A DNA stretch of 64,000 nt, taken from Phoronis australis. Its lineage: Eukaryota > Animalia > Phoronida. Numbering within the stretch: the stretch's first letter is position 1; each line of letters starts with the position of its first letter. The notes beneath the pieces are model-generated. The model was not told the DNA's origin, did no database searches, and worked only from the letters and a program-made list of their open reading frames with translations. A program made the translations under genes and the position numbers. The stretch is taken from positions 237,956-301,955 of the forward strand of contig NMRA01000528.1 of assembly GCA_002633005.1 (NCBI GenBank), in the 5' to 3' direction. Below, piece by piece: positions 12,901 through 26,170 of this stretch.

Positions 12901-14366
12901 GCTTTCATTCATAAATGTCAGGTGGCAAAAATATCCCGCCGGAACTTTTCTTTCTACTGGAGTAGGAAATTTTACAGCACGGTCCGGGGAGCAAAAAAAT
13001 TGTCGGGGTGTATGAAGGGAAGAATAAAAAGTTCACTAACCACAATTTTGCATCTACCCGGATACGGGCATAGAACATCGAGCCCAGAGAACATCGAGCA
13101 CAGAGAACATCGACCCGGCGGAACATCGGAACAGGAAAATATCAGTACTGGGCTACATCAGTCCCGGGTCTTTACATGTAACACCGCTGGTAATCTCTTA
13201 GGTTTATTGCCGAATAAACCATTGGCACCCGGATGTTTATCAGAGCCAAGCCGGTCTACTCTTAATTTAGGACTGTCGCTGTTATGATTTGCAGCTTTGA
13301 AGTAGTGCGCACTTGTGAGTTCAGGCACTTGAATCGCCTACACTTTACGATGGCAACAACATGTGACTACCCATATGTCGCACACGGAGCCCCAGAAACA
13401 AGTACTAGCAAAGGGTTCGAAAATTTCTTGGTGACTCAAAAACAACTTTGCTGAAAGTAGAGGGGTGGCCATCTTTAGGCGATTAATAAGGCTTCTCATT
13501 TTCGCGTTAACTGTCTTTCCGATAACGCATATTTCCACGTCACGATAGTCTGTCACCGCTTGCGCGCAAATAACGAGACCGACCAGTGCGACAGTCCGAT
13601 ATCAGTGATAGGCCTATTGTCGCGGATATTTCATAATAACGTCACATCTTACGTGAAAAATAAATACGTTTTTCTACCACAAAGTTTGGCATGTTGATTA
13701 AGAATTAGTAAAAGACGACTGTTCTGTGAGGTTTTATCACGTGTTATGCAGGGGTAAGAAACTTTCTTCGGCGCATCCGGAAATTTGCAAAAGTAGCAGA
13801 AAATGTGCCCTGCAGCTCGTTATGTTGAGCCCTGAAATCTAACAAAACTGCAAGCTTACGTAACAGACGATCGCAAATCTAGGCTCCGTGAGCGCACGCA
13901 TCGATTTCCGTTATCCGCAAAAAGATGAACGACCTTATGATTTGAATCCCGAGTACCCGGTTAACAAAACGATTTCACTGCCAGGACACACGCTAACTTA
14001 GCTCTAGTTTTTAATAATACAGCACAATCATTCCGCACTGCCCATGATGACAATCAAGTATTACCACTTGGATCATGGGAGTAATATCCAATATCCTATT
14101 TGGGTCTTTTAGTGCTACTGAGTACTGTGATAGGAGGTCTGTTCGTTCTTGATATCCAAAGTAATTGATAATAAATGGCACGGAGATCAAGCAAATACGC
14201 ATGTGCATGTGCACATGATAAGTTCAGTGGTTTTAAGAATTACGTCTATTTCATATTTTTCAAATATCAATCTCGACCAAGTTGAATTTTAAAATTAAAA
14301 CACCAATTCTTTCGTCCAGAGCATAACCTCGTCTTAGAGCCCAATTTCAGTTAACTGGACAGAACA

Positions 14367-14526
14367 CAGTGGCGGATTTCCGAGGGGAGCCAAGGGGGCC
14401 ATGCCCCCCCTAAAATTCTCCCAGATTCCATAATTGGCAGTTCAGGAGCGCGAATTTCTGACGGGCAAAATCTTGGCTAATACTCTGCCTTGCCCCCCCC
14501 CAACTCAAAGTCCTGGATCTCCCCTG
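14367..14526 (+). mobile_element. MITE with CAG(T/G)GGCGGAT-type TIRs; inverted copy at 23884-24049
   Basis: cagtggcggat...ggatctcccctg; internal sequence shared with 23884-24049. Related termini at ~15010, 29797, 44969-44980 and 46378-46389. Confidence 0.65.
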
Positions 14527-15722
14527 GAGCAAGCATAGTTATCATGATTCTTCAGAGGCCTCGTTCATATCCCGGAAAGGGGAAAGGTGCCAGTGCGGCC
14601 TTCTGAGAGGGGAACGTTTCGCCGAGTGACGGGTCAGTGAAAAATCTACTGACCTCTCGATCACCATCAACAGCACCCCGCCCTGTTGCAAGCTCTCATA
14701 GCTCTGTCTCAAGTAGCATTTTCAGTGGCTATACCATGAGGGGGGCGACATCCTCGGAGAAGAGGGCAAAGTGCAATTGTATGTACGCAGGCGGCCCGGA
14801 AGTTGAGGGCGCCGAGGATGTATACCTTCTGCTCAGGAAGTCTGTCGTTGGACTAAAAACAAAACGGAACGCGTTTTCCTCCCTCGTCCTTCGCTACCGC
14901 GGTCCCACTAGCTCGAACGCAGTATTTCCTCTCGAATCACGTTTTGCTGGTTTATTTTGCTTGCGGCATTCAAGGGGGGGGGGCAGGCCCCTTCCCTCCC
15001 CCTCTAAATCCGCCTATGATTTTGTACTTTATCAAGTTGTCACCTCTGTGGTCACAGGTGATTTGAACAGTTGGAGAGAAATTTTCAATCACTAAGGGAA
15101 TTTTTAGGCCTCGTGGGGCCGGGAATTTTGCGTGACTTTTTAATATTTTTGAGAGGGGAATTGGGCCGATATTTGGCCCCAAAATTGATAGGTTGAGAAA
15201 GAAAAATGCATCGCGCTTCAACCCATAATCATGAAAACACAGCCTGGCTGGCCGAAGATTCCCCGGTCCTCGTTGCAGTATGGCGGCATCCTAGATGCGA
15301 CAAATTATGGTCCGAAAACAGTTATAAATTTTACACGGACATATTTTCCTTCGTCGCGGCGTATGGCAAGGACCCAAACGCTTCCGAATCCCAACGTCCT
15401 TAGGGATTGTAATACAGATAGTTGAGTGTCCGTATTTTTTTCTAGCTGTTCGAGCAACGCGGATAAGGGGATAAGCCACCAGAGCTATCGTAGCGAGCCT
15501 CGTTTTGGAACGCGCCTCCTGTTAGCATGAATAGGGTCTATATCGTCTTTTGGACGTCTCAAATTAATCTTCGCTTTGGAAAACGTGAAAATACCAACGA
15601 TTCGATTAAAAAAAATTATAATTCAGTAAGAAGTCATATGGCACGCAAATGACCCAATCGACAAAAATACGTTGTCGTACGGTCAGATATATCTGGTTCC
15701 AATGACTGTTCTCACGGTACAT

Positions 15723-17547
15723 ACAAGAGCAACGCAGAGCGCTGAAATGCTCCCAAAAATGCTCCGTTAACGGTGTGATTCTAGGGGTGTTTATTTGGAA
15801 CATAAAAATGGCAACTGGATGGCGCAAAATATGTCGAATCCATCCGAGAACTTGAATGTGTCATCAAAGCTATTTACCAAATTTCATAAAAAACCGTCAA
15901 GTAACTTCTGAGAAAACAGAGGAAAATGACAAAACGAAATTGTCACTAAGAGGCTATTTAGCGCATAAAAACATAACTGACACTAAGAGGTGCCAAAGTA
16001 GTTAAAGTCATCGGAAAATTACCATCAGAGTTCCTCATCCCGTTAGGAGCATAAATGCCAATTCCCACAACCATCCTTAGAGTGGTTTGGTTGACAGAGG
16101 GGCACACGCCAAAACAGTAAAAATGGCAACAACGAGGCGCAAAATGCCTCGAACTTTACCGAAAACGGCATGATAGCGCCACCTCACTAATAGATGCCCA
16201 ACCGCCAAATTTTATGAAAATCCATTGACGACCCTTTGAGATACAGAGGTAAACGTAAAAAAAGTAAATGTAGTGAGTATGCAGACGCTGAGGTTGGCCA
16301 TTAATGAAAAATATATCACAGAAAAATCAGGAACCCCAACTGGGAATCGAACCGCAGGTTTCTAGATTGCCTAGATTGTGAACACTAGACCGGCAATCTA
16401 GAAACCTGTGGTTCGATTCCCAGTTGGGGTTCCTGATTTTTTGTGTTTATCTGGTAAAAAACTAAAGTTGCCACTAGGGGGCAGACCGGTAGCCCGATCC
16501 GTCCGAAAGTCGTCATTTTCTGTTGTCAACTTCACATAAATGCACCAAAGAATTCGATAAAGATCCTTTAGAGCAAAAAAAACTGCCACTAGGAGGCGTT
16601 ACAGTATTCCAAGTCATCAGAAAATCATCGTCAGCCGTCCTCTTCAGAACATGTATGCCAATTTTCAAAATCATTCCTGGAGAGGTTTGGTTGATAGAAC
16701 GTTGGACGCCAAAAACAGATTAGAAAACACCCGAAAATGGCCACCAGGTTGCTCAAACTACACCGAGTCCGTCCGAAAACGGGGGGATGGCATCACCTCA
16801 CTAATAGATGTGTAACTGCCAAATTTTATGAAAATCCGTTGAGGGCCTCCAAATCTACAGAGGTAAGCGTAAAAAATAAAAACTGCCATTAGGTGGCACA
16901 TCAGCAGTCGGAGGGGTACGAAATTCGTTGTCATCCGTCGTCACCTTCATGAGAACATATCTGCCAAATATCTAAAGATCAAATGAGAGGGGTTTAGGAG
17001 ATACAGCCATGGGCGCAAAAAGAAAAAAAAATGCCACAAAAAGGCGCCACAGTTGTCGAAATCGTCAAAAAATCATCGTCAGTCGCTCCTTTCACAGTTA
17101 GAATATATATGCCAATTTTCAAAATCATCCTTAGAGCGGTTTGGTTGATAGAACGGCGAACGCCAAAAAACAGACTCGAAAACAGTAAAAATAGCCAGTA
17201 GATGGCGCAAAGCAACTCGAATCCGTCGGAAAACGGAATGATGTCATCATTTCACTAATAAATGCCGAACTGCCAAATTTTATGAAAATCTGTTGAGGAT
17301 ATCCGAAGATACAGAGGCAAGCGTAAAAAACTAAAATTGCCACTAGGGGGAACGGCGGTAGCCGGAGAAGTCGAAAATTCGTTATCGTCTGTCGTCAGCT
17401 TCATAGGAACACGTCTGCCAAATCTCATCAAGATCCTGTGAGGGGTTTAGGACATACAGCTGCGGACGCCGGACGCCGGACAACGTACGGCCAGAAAGAG
17501 ATGACGAAAATAAGCGACCACATATAAATATGTGGATGCATAAAAAA
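15723..17547 (-). mobile_element. Helentron-associated element (HINE/DINE-1-like), copy A, with ~400-450-bp tandem core units
   Basis: One end ACAAGAG plus small hairpin (CAACGC-AGA-GCGCTG); other end has a GGAC-type microsatellite, short inverted repeat and A-run. About 4 core units. Confidence 0.75.
16267..16445. mobile_element. tRNA-derived SINE fragment in head-to-head inverted form, inserted in HINE A
   Basis: ~50-bp arms 16322-16371 / 16392-16441 containing B box GTTCGATTCC; anticodon-like stem CTAGA-ccggcaa-TCTAG. Confidence 0.6.
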
Positions 17548-18164
17548 CAAACGCTAACCCGCACTGTTTTCACGGGGCAGTTTTCATTCGTGTCGATGAG
17601 TTTACCTTCGACCTCCAGTTTGTTTAAAGGTTGCCAGTAACGTAATCAACAAGTCTGTGCATTCACCCAAAGATCTGGGCAGTTAGTGCAGACCACGTTT
17701 TAGGTACAATATGGGAATATGACCAACAAACACGAGCCTGGTTCGGAAAATAAAAAAAACATGTAAAATTCTCAATACCAATAATGCAATGGGCCAAAAC
17801 TGGAAAGGTATTTGCAGGAAGTCATCTTATAAAAGGATTTCAATGAAAACCGAAAACGGGTCAAATGGCAGCCACCGGCCAGAAAACGGAATTCAAACGA
17901 GTCACGCCTAAAACAATCTGATCGCAGATGTCCTCCACCGACTGTCGTTATGAAACACCGAAGCTAAATCATTTCGGGATGGCCACCGTATCAGGCATGC
18001 CGTCTTGATGGTCGAACGCCTGATAACCATTCGCCTGATAAACACGCCAGCTCACCACGAAGGCTGATATGACTTAGTGTACTTCAACGTTATTTGTCAA
18101 ACGCCAATACAACCTCCTATGGTGTTATTAACCTACGGTGATACTGGACTCGTTATCAGAACCA

Positions 18165-18480
18165 CACGTCAGGACCAAACAATTATAATATGAGGACCTA
18201 TAATCTATCACGACAGGACATTAAATTTTTCAGGACATGACTTAAATTGATCACGTGGGTACTTCATCACATGAGGACTCAATTTATCATGTGAGAACTC
18301 AATATTGATCACGTCAGGACTCAAAATTCATCAAGCCAGAACTCATAATTCATAAGGCCAGGAATTATAATTTATCAGGTCAGGACTTATAGTTTATCAG
18401 GTCATTTCTGATAATTCATTCCGCCAGGACTCAAAATTCATCAGGTCAGGATTGGAAATTTCACACGACAGGACCGCAAA
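18165..18480 (+). repeat. Minisatellite of ~29-30-bp units (tcaggactcaaaattcatca..)
   Basis: About 10 diverged tandem units. Confidence 0.8.
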
Positions 18481-19369
18481 TTTAAGGTATCTCGAGCCTG
18501 TTTTAGTTGCCTCCATTCTAACTCGTATATCAACTAATATGAAGTTTGGAAAGTTTCAGCGAAATCCACCATGCTGTTTTCGAGAACTACCTAAGTTCAA
18601 ATAAAGTCGAGTTGCCGAAGCCGAGAAGAAGCCGAAAAGTGAAAATCTCAAAGTCTTCAGTTAACTATTCGGTGAAAACTTGTTTTCGGTAAATATAACC
18701 TATACATGCCTTAACCATGTTAGCTATTTCAACATTCACTGGCTATGTCCACAGAATTTGCAGTGCATAATTAAGTTAATTGTCACTTAAACGTACCGTT
18801 CCCAGCCATGACATAACGTTTAATCGTCGTGAGAGACCGTCCGGAGTTGGTATATGGTGCAACTCGGGACGGTCTGGGGTCTACAGAAAACCACAGTTCA
18901 AGTGTGAGACTACACCAATGTGATAAACGAGAGTAGTTCTATTTGCTGCATCAGCTGCTGGTATGCTTATATCTTTTATGACACACAATGTGTGACTGGG
19001 CAAAGCGTTTTCAAAATAATGTGGATAAATCAGTGGAGTGTGAGACCCCTGAGGTCCCTGTCAAGTCCTCACGGCAATTTTACGTTATGAGGTGGGATTA
19101 ACTGTTACTGTTGTTGACCTACTTAAAAGTAGGTCAGAGTTCACTGTTGTACATGTACACACAGTCACGACTGGCACGAAACCAAGTAAGAAATGGATAG
19201 CAAAAATTCAATCGGTGGTTAACGCATGTCGTTGGCATTAGATCGAAACAGTGAAATGTCAATTTAATAATTGAATTAAACAATTTGAGTGAGGATTTAT
19301 CTCTTTTCTCAACTTCCTGTGTTCATGACCACAGAGCTAGGCGTGAGGCTACTCCTAGCATTCGTTGCC

Positions 19370-20028
19370 ACAAGGTCGCACCGGTAGTGAGATCTGTCCA
19401 AAAGCAGTGGTCGTCCATTTTCAACATTATATAAATACAATTGCTAAATCTACTTAAGATTCTACAAACGGTTTAGGAGATACAGCTATGTGCGCAAAAA
19501 TACCACAAGAAGGCGCCACAGTAGTCGAAGACGTTGGAAAATCATCATGAGCCGTCCTCTTCATAGCAAGAACATGCATGCCAATTTTCGCAATCATCCT
19601 TAAAGCGGTTTGGTTGATAGAGGGGTGGAGGCCAAAAACAGACTCGAAAACAATAAAAATGGCCAATAGGTGGCGCAAACTACGTCGAATCCGTCCGGAA
19701 ACGGGAGGATAGCGTCATCTCACTAATAGATGCCTACATGTATATGCCTAATTTTATGAAAATAAGTTGAGAACATTTGAAAATACAGGGGTAAACGTAA
19801 ACAACTAAAATTGCTACTAGGGTACACGCCAGTAGTCGGATCCATCCGAAAGTTCGCTCATGCCGCCCCATCTACGAAAGAAACACACGTGCAAAATTTC
19901 ATGAACATACAATAAACGCTTTTAGAGATAGAGTAGCGGACGTTGGACGCCAGACGGACGCCACCCGGATGGACGGACGGAAATGACGGCGTAATGTGTC
20001 CACATATAAATATATGGGCATATAAAAA
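19370..20028 (-). mobile_element. HINE copy B (truncated)
   Basis: Same core unit; terminus ggacggacgga...cacatataaatatatgggcatataaaaa. Confidence 0.75.
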
Positions 20029-21517
20029 CCCGACCAATAGGTTAAGATGGAAATTGCGGAATGGGACAAGATTGCGAATTCTTTTTGTGGAAGAAAACTG
20101 CACTTTTTTTCTGCAAAACTGTTTCTCATTTGAACACAACTCAAGTCCACCGATTCATTAATTTCAGGGTGAATGTTGTTAACACACCGCCACCATCTCA
20201 ACATATGTCACATAAGATGCATCAACACGACCTCATGGTTCCAGCACTCGGAAAACACTATTGAGCAAAATGTTGGCTCCATGTAACTTAGACGCATGGG
20301 CAGAAATAACTGACAAACACGATGTTTTCGAAAGTGCCAGCGAAGACGCTGCTAACGAAAAACTTCAGTTACACATTTGGCCTACATGTATATTCCACTT
20401 GGTAGGAAATTTGTCCCCCAATGCAAAAATCCAAGTAATATTTTGGTTGAAAAAATACGGGGATTACTTCCAGTGACCAACATTGCATGGGAACGTTAAA
20501 AGCCCCAGGTTACAGCCTCTCAGGTACTTTAATCTGGACTGCGAAAACGTAAAATCACTGAACCACATTATCCAAATATTCGGTCTATGCTAACTCAAGA
20601 CATCGATTACAGGAAACGAGCCAACAAAAGTGCAATGAATTGCAATGTCAGCTGACATTCATTAATCACATATATTTAGATATCAGTGCTTGTAGATCCA
20701 AACCCAGTAGCGGCACACTTTACAAATAGAAAATGCAAGGTCGCAGTGGACAGGATCCTTCGATGCCAGGAACACCGATCCAGTTTTTGTGTGCAGTTGG
20801 TCGATTTCCGCATTAACGATGATTTCAGGGCAATAAAATACTGAGTGGAATAATAATTTATCTTGTACTAAACCTGGCGATGTTTCGATATGTTTGACTT
20901 TCAGAAATTGAAGTGCCGATAAAGGTTATGTTGAACTATTTTTTTCACCCCAAGAAATACCATAAAATATTTAACACGATGTTATTGCTTAGGTTTTGTC
21001 CAACAAGTCTAGACGACAGGACTATTTCGAGTACTATAGAACAGTCATTAGCAAAGCCAGTTAACGAGTGGAGTTATGAAATACACCCACGACCAGCTTA
21101 TGACAAGTGACAGGCAGGCTTGGAATTCAGTAACGGATGTCTGTCGAATCTACCCGAACACCACTGGTGCCAAAAATTAAATGTTTTCAGCAACGAAAAC
21201 AAACTAACTTAAAAATAGACCATAAATTATACTTTAGTGGCTGGAATAACCAACGTAAACTGTGCATAATTCTGTGCCATTTATTAAAATCTGAAGCATT
21301 GTGCTAGAAATGGAAGATAATTCATAGACCACTTTTTGCGGCTACCTCTTGGGGCCGTTTTTGTAACCTTCTTACAGGCAAATTGCACCATGCAGCCAAG
21401 TGTAACTTTTAGAAAATACAATTTAAGAGTTAATCTTGATGACTGAGCAATAAAAAAATCATGTTGCAAAATGAAAGTATAGGTCATAAAAAGAGATATT
21501 ATGGATTAAAATTCTTA

Positions 21518-23213
21518 ATAAGAGCAACGCGGAGCATTGAAATGCGCCCAAGAATGCATCGCAAATGGTGTGCTTTTAGGGTTATTTATTTGTATCGTAA
21601 AAATGGCCGCTGGATGGCCAAAAACGTACAATCCATCCAAAAACTTGTTCATGCCATATTTTACAAAAATCTCTCAAGGAACTTCAGTAAAACAAAGGAA
21701 AACAGAATAAAATGAAATTGCCACTTGTGGAAACAGCGTCCATTGGATCCGCCTGAAAGTCGTCGTCTGTTATGTTCATATGAATACACTTACCAATTTT
21801 AACAAAGATCCTGCAGTGGGTTTAGAAGAAACATCCATGGGCACAAAACAAAACAAAACTAACATTAGGAAGCGCCAAAGTAGTCAGTCGCCATCATCAA
21901 ACGTCATCTTCACACTCAAAACTAACACGCCAATTTTTAAAACAATCCCTAGACTGAATGATTTGGTTAATAGAGGGGTGGACGACAATAACAAGATTTG
22001 AAAACTCCAAAAAAATGGCCACTAGCTGGCGCAAAATACCTAGATTCCATCCAAAAACAGGAGGATAGCATCATCTCACCAATAGATGCCTATATTCAAA
22101 ACTTTATGAAAATCTGTTGAGGGCCTTTGAAGATACAGAGGTAAACTTAAAAAATTAAACTCCGAAAGTCATCGTCGTCTATTGTCAACATCATATAAAT
22201 ACACTTGCTAAATTAAGTAAAGATCTTTCAAACGGTTTAGAAGATACAGCCATGAGCGCAAAAATCTGCCACTAGGAGGCGCCACAGTAGTCGACGTCAT
22301 CGGAATATCATCGTCAGCCGTCCACTTCATAGTAATAACATAAATGCCAATTTTCACAATTATCCTGAAAGCGGTTTGGTTGAGAGACGAATGGATGCAA
22401 AAACATATTCGAAAACTGTAAAAATGGCCACTGGTGGGACACACCAGGTAGAATTCATCTGAAAACAGAGAGATAGCGTCAACTCATTAACATGCCTGTA
22501 TGCCAAATTTTATGAAAATACGTTGAGGACCTTTGAATATACAGAGGTAAACGCAAAAAAAAATAAAATTGCCACTAGCTAGGTGGCACACCAGTAGTCA
22601 AATCTGTCCGAAAGCCGTTGTCCTTCGTTGTTAACATGATATAAAACACTAAATTTAGTAAAGAACGTGCCAACGGTTTAGGAGATATAGCCATAGGAGC
22701 AAAAACAAAACAAAACTGCCACAAGGAGGCGCCACAGTAGTCGAAGTCGTCGGAAAAAGATCGTCAGCCGTCCACATCATACTAAGAGCATACATACCAA
22801 TTTTCAGAATCGGAAACAGTAAAAATGGCCTCTAGGTGGCGCAAATTACGTCGAATCTGTCCGAAAATTGGAGTATATCGTCACCCCACTAATAGATGAG
22901 TATACAACAAATTTTATGAAAATCCGTTTAGGACTTTTGAAGATACAGAGGTAAACGTAGAAAACTAAACTTCCCACTTGGGGACACACCGATGGTCAGA
23001 TCCGTCCAAAAGATCGCTCATGCTGTCCCATCCATGGAACTTTGGAAGGAATGCATGTGCAAAATTTCTTGAACATACAGCAAGGCATTTTGGAGATAGA
23101 GCAGCGGACGCCGGACAGCAGACGCTGAACGTACGAAAAGACGGACGGACGGGCGGACGGACGGAGATGACGGCATAATTCGCCCTTATATAAAAATGTT
23201 GGCGCATAAAAAA
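21518..23213 (-). mobile_element. HINE copy C (near complete)
   Basis: Starts ataagagcaacgcggagcattgaaatgcgccc; about 4 core units; ends (GGAC)n...tggcgcataaaaaa. Confidence 0.78.
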
Positions 23214-25946
23214 TGAAATTTTTCTCCTTCTCACCAAACCAAGTCTAAAAAAATCTGTGATTTTGGGTATAGACTCTACCTGTTGGTCTTTAAAAGGAGC
23301 CACTCTAAAAGTTTGTTGTCCCTCACCACGGCAAGAAAATCACCACAACCATATTCACTTCTGATAGAAATCTTCGAATTTTGTTTTACGTCCAAAAACA
23401 AAACGTACCCGTAAGCAACAGGCAAGCTCGGAATTCCATATTAGCTGCGGGAGAGTTTTCGACTCAAGTCACTTTAAGTAGCGTGTGAAGGCAAATTCGC
23501 TTAATCGATCCAATCTGAACCGTTAGAGGAGCCTGCCGTGCGTTGGATCCGATTTAACGTAAATCGAAATGTATCTCGTCATGCGTTAACTCACAATACA
23601 ATCGATTCAACGCAAATGAGAGAGTGACATAAAATTGTGCACGTGCAGATCCAGGCTCCTGAGTCTGTATTCGTCCAAAATTTAATGCGTGAATTCATGT
23701 TTTATATTCTCTGATTTCATACAGTTTGATATCACATGGCGCAACACTGAAAAAAGTGGGGGTGGGGGGCTAAAGCCCCCTCAGCCACCCTGTGGTGCAT
23801 CGCCTGTTGACCATGTGGGGCCTAGCACTAAAAAAAGTGGGAGGCTATAGCCCCCAGCCCCCTATGGTGCGCCGGCTATGTATCAGGGGCGGATCCAGGG
23901 TTTTGAGTTTGGAGCGCCAGGGAAGAGTATTATCCAGGATTTTGCCCGTCAGACATTCGCACTCCCGAATTGCCCAGCGGAATCTGGGAGAATTTTAAGG
24001 GGGGGGGGGAGGGGCATGGCCCCCTTGGCCCCCTCTTAATCCGCCACTAGATATATTAACTACATTACGACAAAGTCTTTAAAAAATACTACGCAAACCC
24101 TGCCTCAACAACGCCGCCAATTGTCAAGAAAGACCACAGCGCACATCTGGCTCAGAATAATATTATGAACAAACACCAGCTATGTTCAAAAAGAATGCAG
24201 TTCCACTGAAGTTACAGCGTTTTTCGAAACTTACAGTGAAGCCATTATTTAACTGAGATCTTGTGAGAAGTTGTCATTTTATAGCAGAAATGACAATGCA
24301 ATTGTTGGATTACGTGTTATAAATGGACACACAGTTTGATCGTGGAAATACTTATGACCAATTTAGTTAGTTAGATTAACCATCTTAGGATGAAAGAAAC
24401 AGCGAACTTGTTAGGAAATTTCACTAGTCAGACCTGCCTGGCTAGGCTTCTACATGTGTATTTTCAAGACAGGCACAGCCAATGTAGGCCATCGCTGAAA
24501 GTGCAATTACAAGTTTCACCACTCGGGCTTGTTTCATTGAAGTGTTTTTCTCAACGAGTCTAAACCGAGACTTGTGACGTTGTGGCGTCAGGCTCCTCTT
24601 GGGACTCTGACGTAAAACATCGATTTTTTGTAATTAATAGGCCCCAGCTGTTGTATACAGTTCCAAGCAACTTAATAGTATACAACTCTCAATCCCTAAA
24701 TGATAAGTTTCTGGCTTTTTAGTACAAGATATACATTTTACACTAGTAAATATTTTGAGTAATTGAGGTCAAGGGTGCATATGTAGTCATTCCACAGCCA
24801 CAGGCTTCACATTAAAATGGCTTTAGGTTTAGGAGCGCGATTTTGTAGCACTCCAGTCACATGCGTCCTGAGCTTCTGATCGCCCCCAATACACTAGATA
24901 TACATATATATGCTACAAGGTACAGTATGGCACTCGAGTCTAGAAATTCCACGGGTGCTTCAATTCATATCAAACACAGAACTCAATAAATTTACACAAA
25001 ACGGGTTCAACAAATCATGAGCAATTGGTCTTTCCTCTAATACCTTTACCGGTGTCGTGCTCTATGGAGTTCGTAACAAATTCTTAGTCAAACCACAAAA
25101 ATCTTCCTGAAAACCCCACGCGTACTAACTCTAAAGCTTTTCAACAAGTTTGAAAGGAAAAAGGAACGCCGAAATCGCTTGATAAAGGAGTAAGTTTCAC
25201 TTTGCCACAAGAAAACCAAGAAAATATTGATTAGGTTATTGCACAGACACCATCTAAGCCGGCACAGGCATTCTCATCGCCTGCTATCTAAGTTGACCGA
25301 TTACGTAACCAAACAAATAACACATACATGTACAATACAGACATGCATTTCAGGAAACGCTCAACACGAAACGGCAAGGATTTAGTGGGACTGCTTGGAA
25401 AACGCTTTCTGACGCACCAGTTATGGGTTCAGCACACCGGTTTCAACACACAAAAATACAAAGAAAGAATACAACTCATATGTTTACTGAGGCATGCATT
25501 AGTATATTGTAGGTCAAGGGCGAACCCGGGGCAAAAAGGTCAACCTCAGTGAAACAAAAAGTCCGAGCAAACGAGATAAAAGTCCTAACAGTCCACAGGA
25601 ATTCGACGCGGATGCACAATTTGTAGGCCTGGGACCTGGTGGCCCCGTGTTTTTCAGTCCTCGTTGCTTTTTTCAGTAAAAGGTCTGCACACCGAAAAAT
25701 TCGAGCCCCCATGTATTTGAGGCTGGGTGCGCATGAGAATGTACTAATCTGAGCGACGAGAGCGAACGACAAGTGACACGTATCAGATATCGCAACATTA
25801 ATGGGTAAGCTTGCATGTTATCTCAAACCTGGTCAGAAAAAATATTGCCCTGGAACAAATGCAATGCCAATGCATAGTAAGCGTTACACATGAATGCAAA
25901 GTTTAAATCGTACACTCAGCTTTAAAGACTTAAAAGTAGTACTCAC

Positions 25947-25995
25947 ACGAATATGAGACAAGGCTCACGAACACCAGTGCGAAAACGGTCTGCAT
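25947..25995 (-). CDS. Ly6/uPAR (Quiver-like) gene, exon 1 (signal peptide)
   Basis: caaaATG start, MQTVFALVFVSLVSYS then T|gtgagt phase-1 donor. Joins exon 2 as TAT (Tyr), giving ...SYSYA^LECY. Total CDS 49+129+197=375 nt (124 aa). Confidence 0.8.
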
Positions 25996-26039
25996 TTTGA
26001 TTGTTCAGAGAGAGGTAGCTGAAACACACGACTTACAGT

Positions 26040-26170
26040 AACAACGGCCAAGCGAGAGAAGAAATGCCACGCCTTGATAGAAGATTTCTGCGCATGCCCG
26101 CCAGTAGGCAGTCTTCGTTTAAGTTCCTTGATCATTAGGAAACGTCGCTTGATTTGATTGGCCGGATTGC
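26040..26170 (-). promoter_or_regulatory. Putative promoter of the Ly6 gene
   Basis: NRF1-like TGCGCATGC at 26089-26097 and a CCAAT box (ATTGG, 26157-26161), about 100-165 nt upstream of the ATG. Confidence 0.35.

Noticed and set aside
14637-15095. 152-aa ORF
   Set aside because: Lies in a GC-rich MITE-like repeat related to 44680-44980; no recognisable domain.
16385-16432. Possible tRNA gene
   Set aside because: D arm and acceptor stem are missing; it is a SINE fragment.
18165-18480. Regular ~30-bp repeats resembling a CRISPR array
   Set aside because: Units are contiguous and degenerate, with no unique spacers or cas genes, in a eukaryotic context.
24845-24856. tgtagcactcca (LECY on minus strand), suggesting a second Ly6 exon
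   Set aside because: Followed by K-I-A-L with no CxxC, at the edge of an interspersed repeat.
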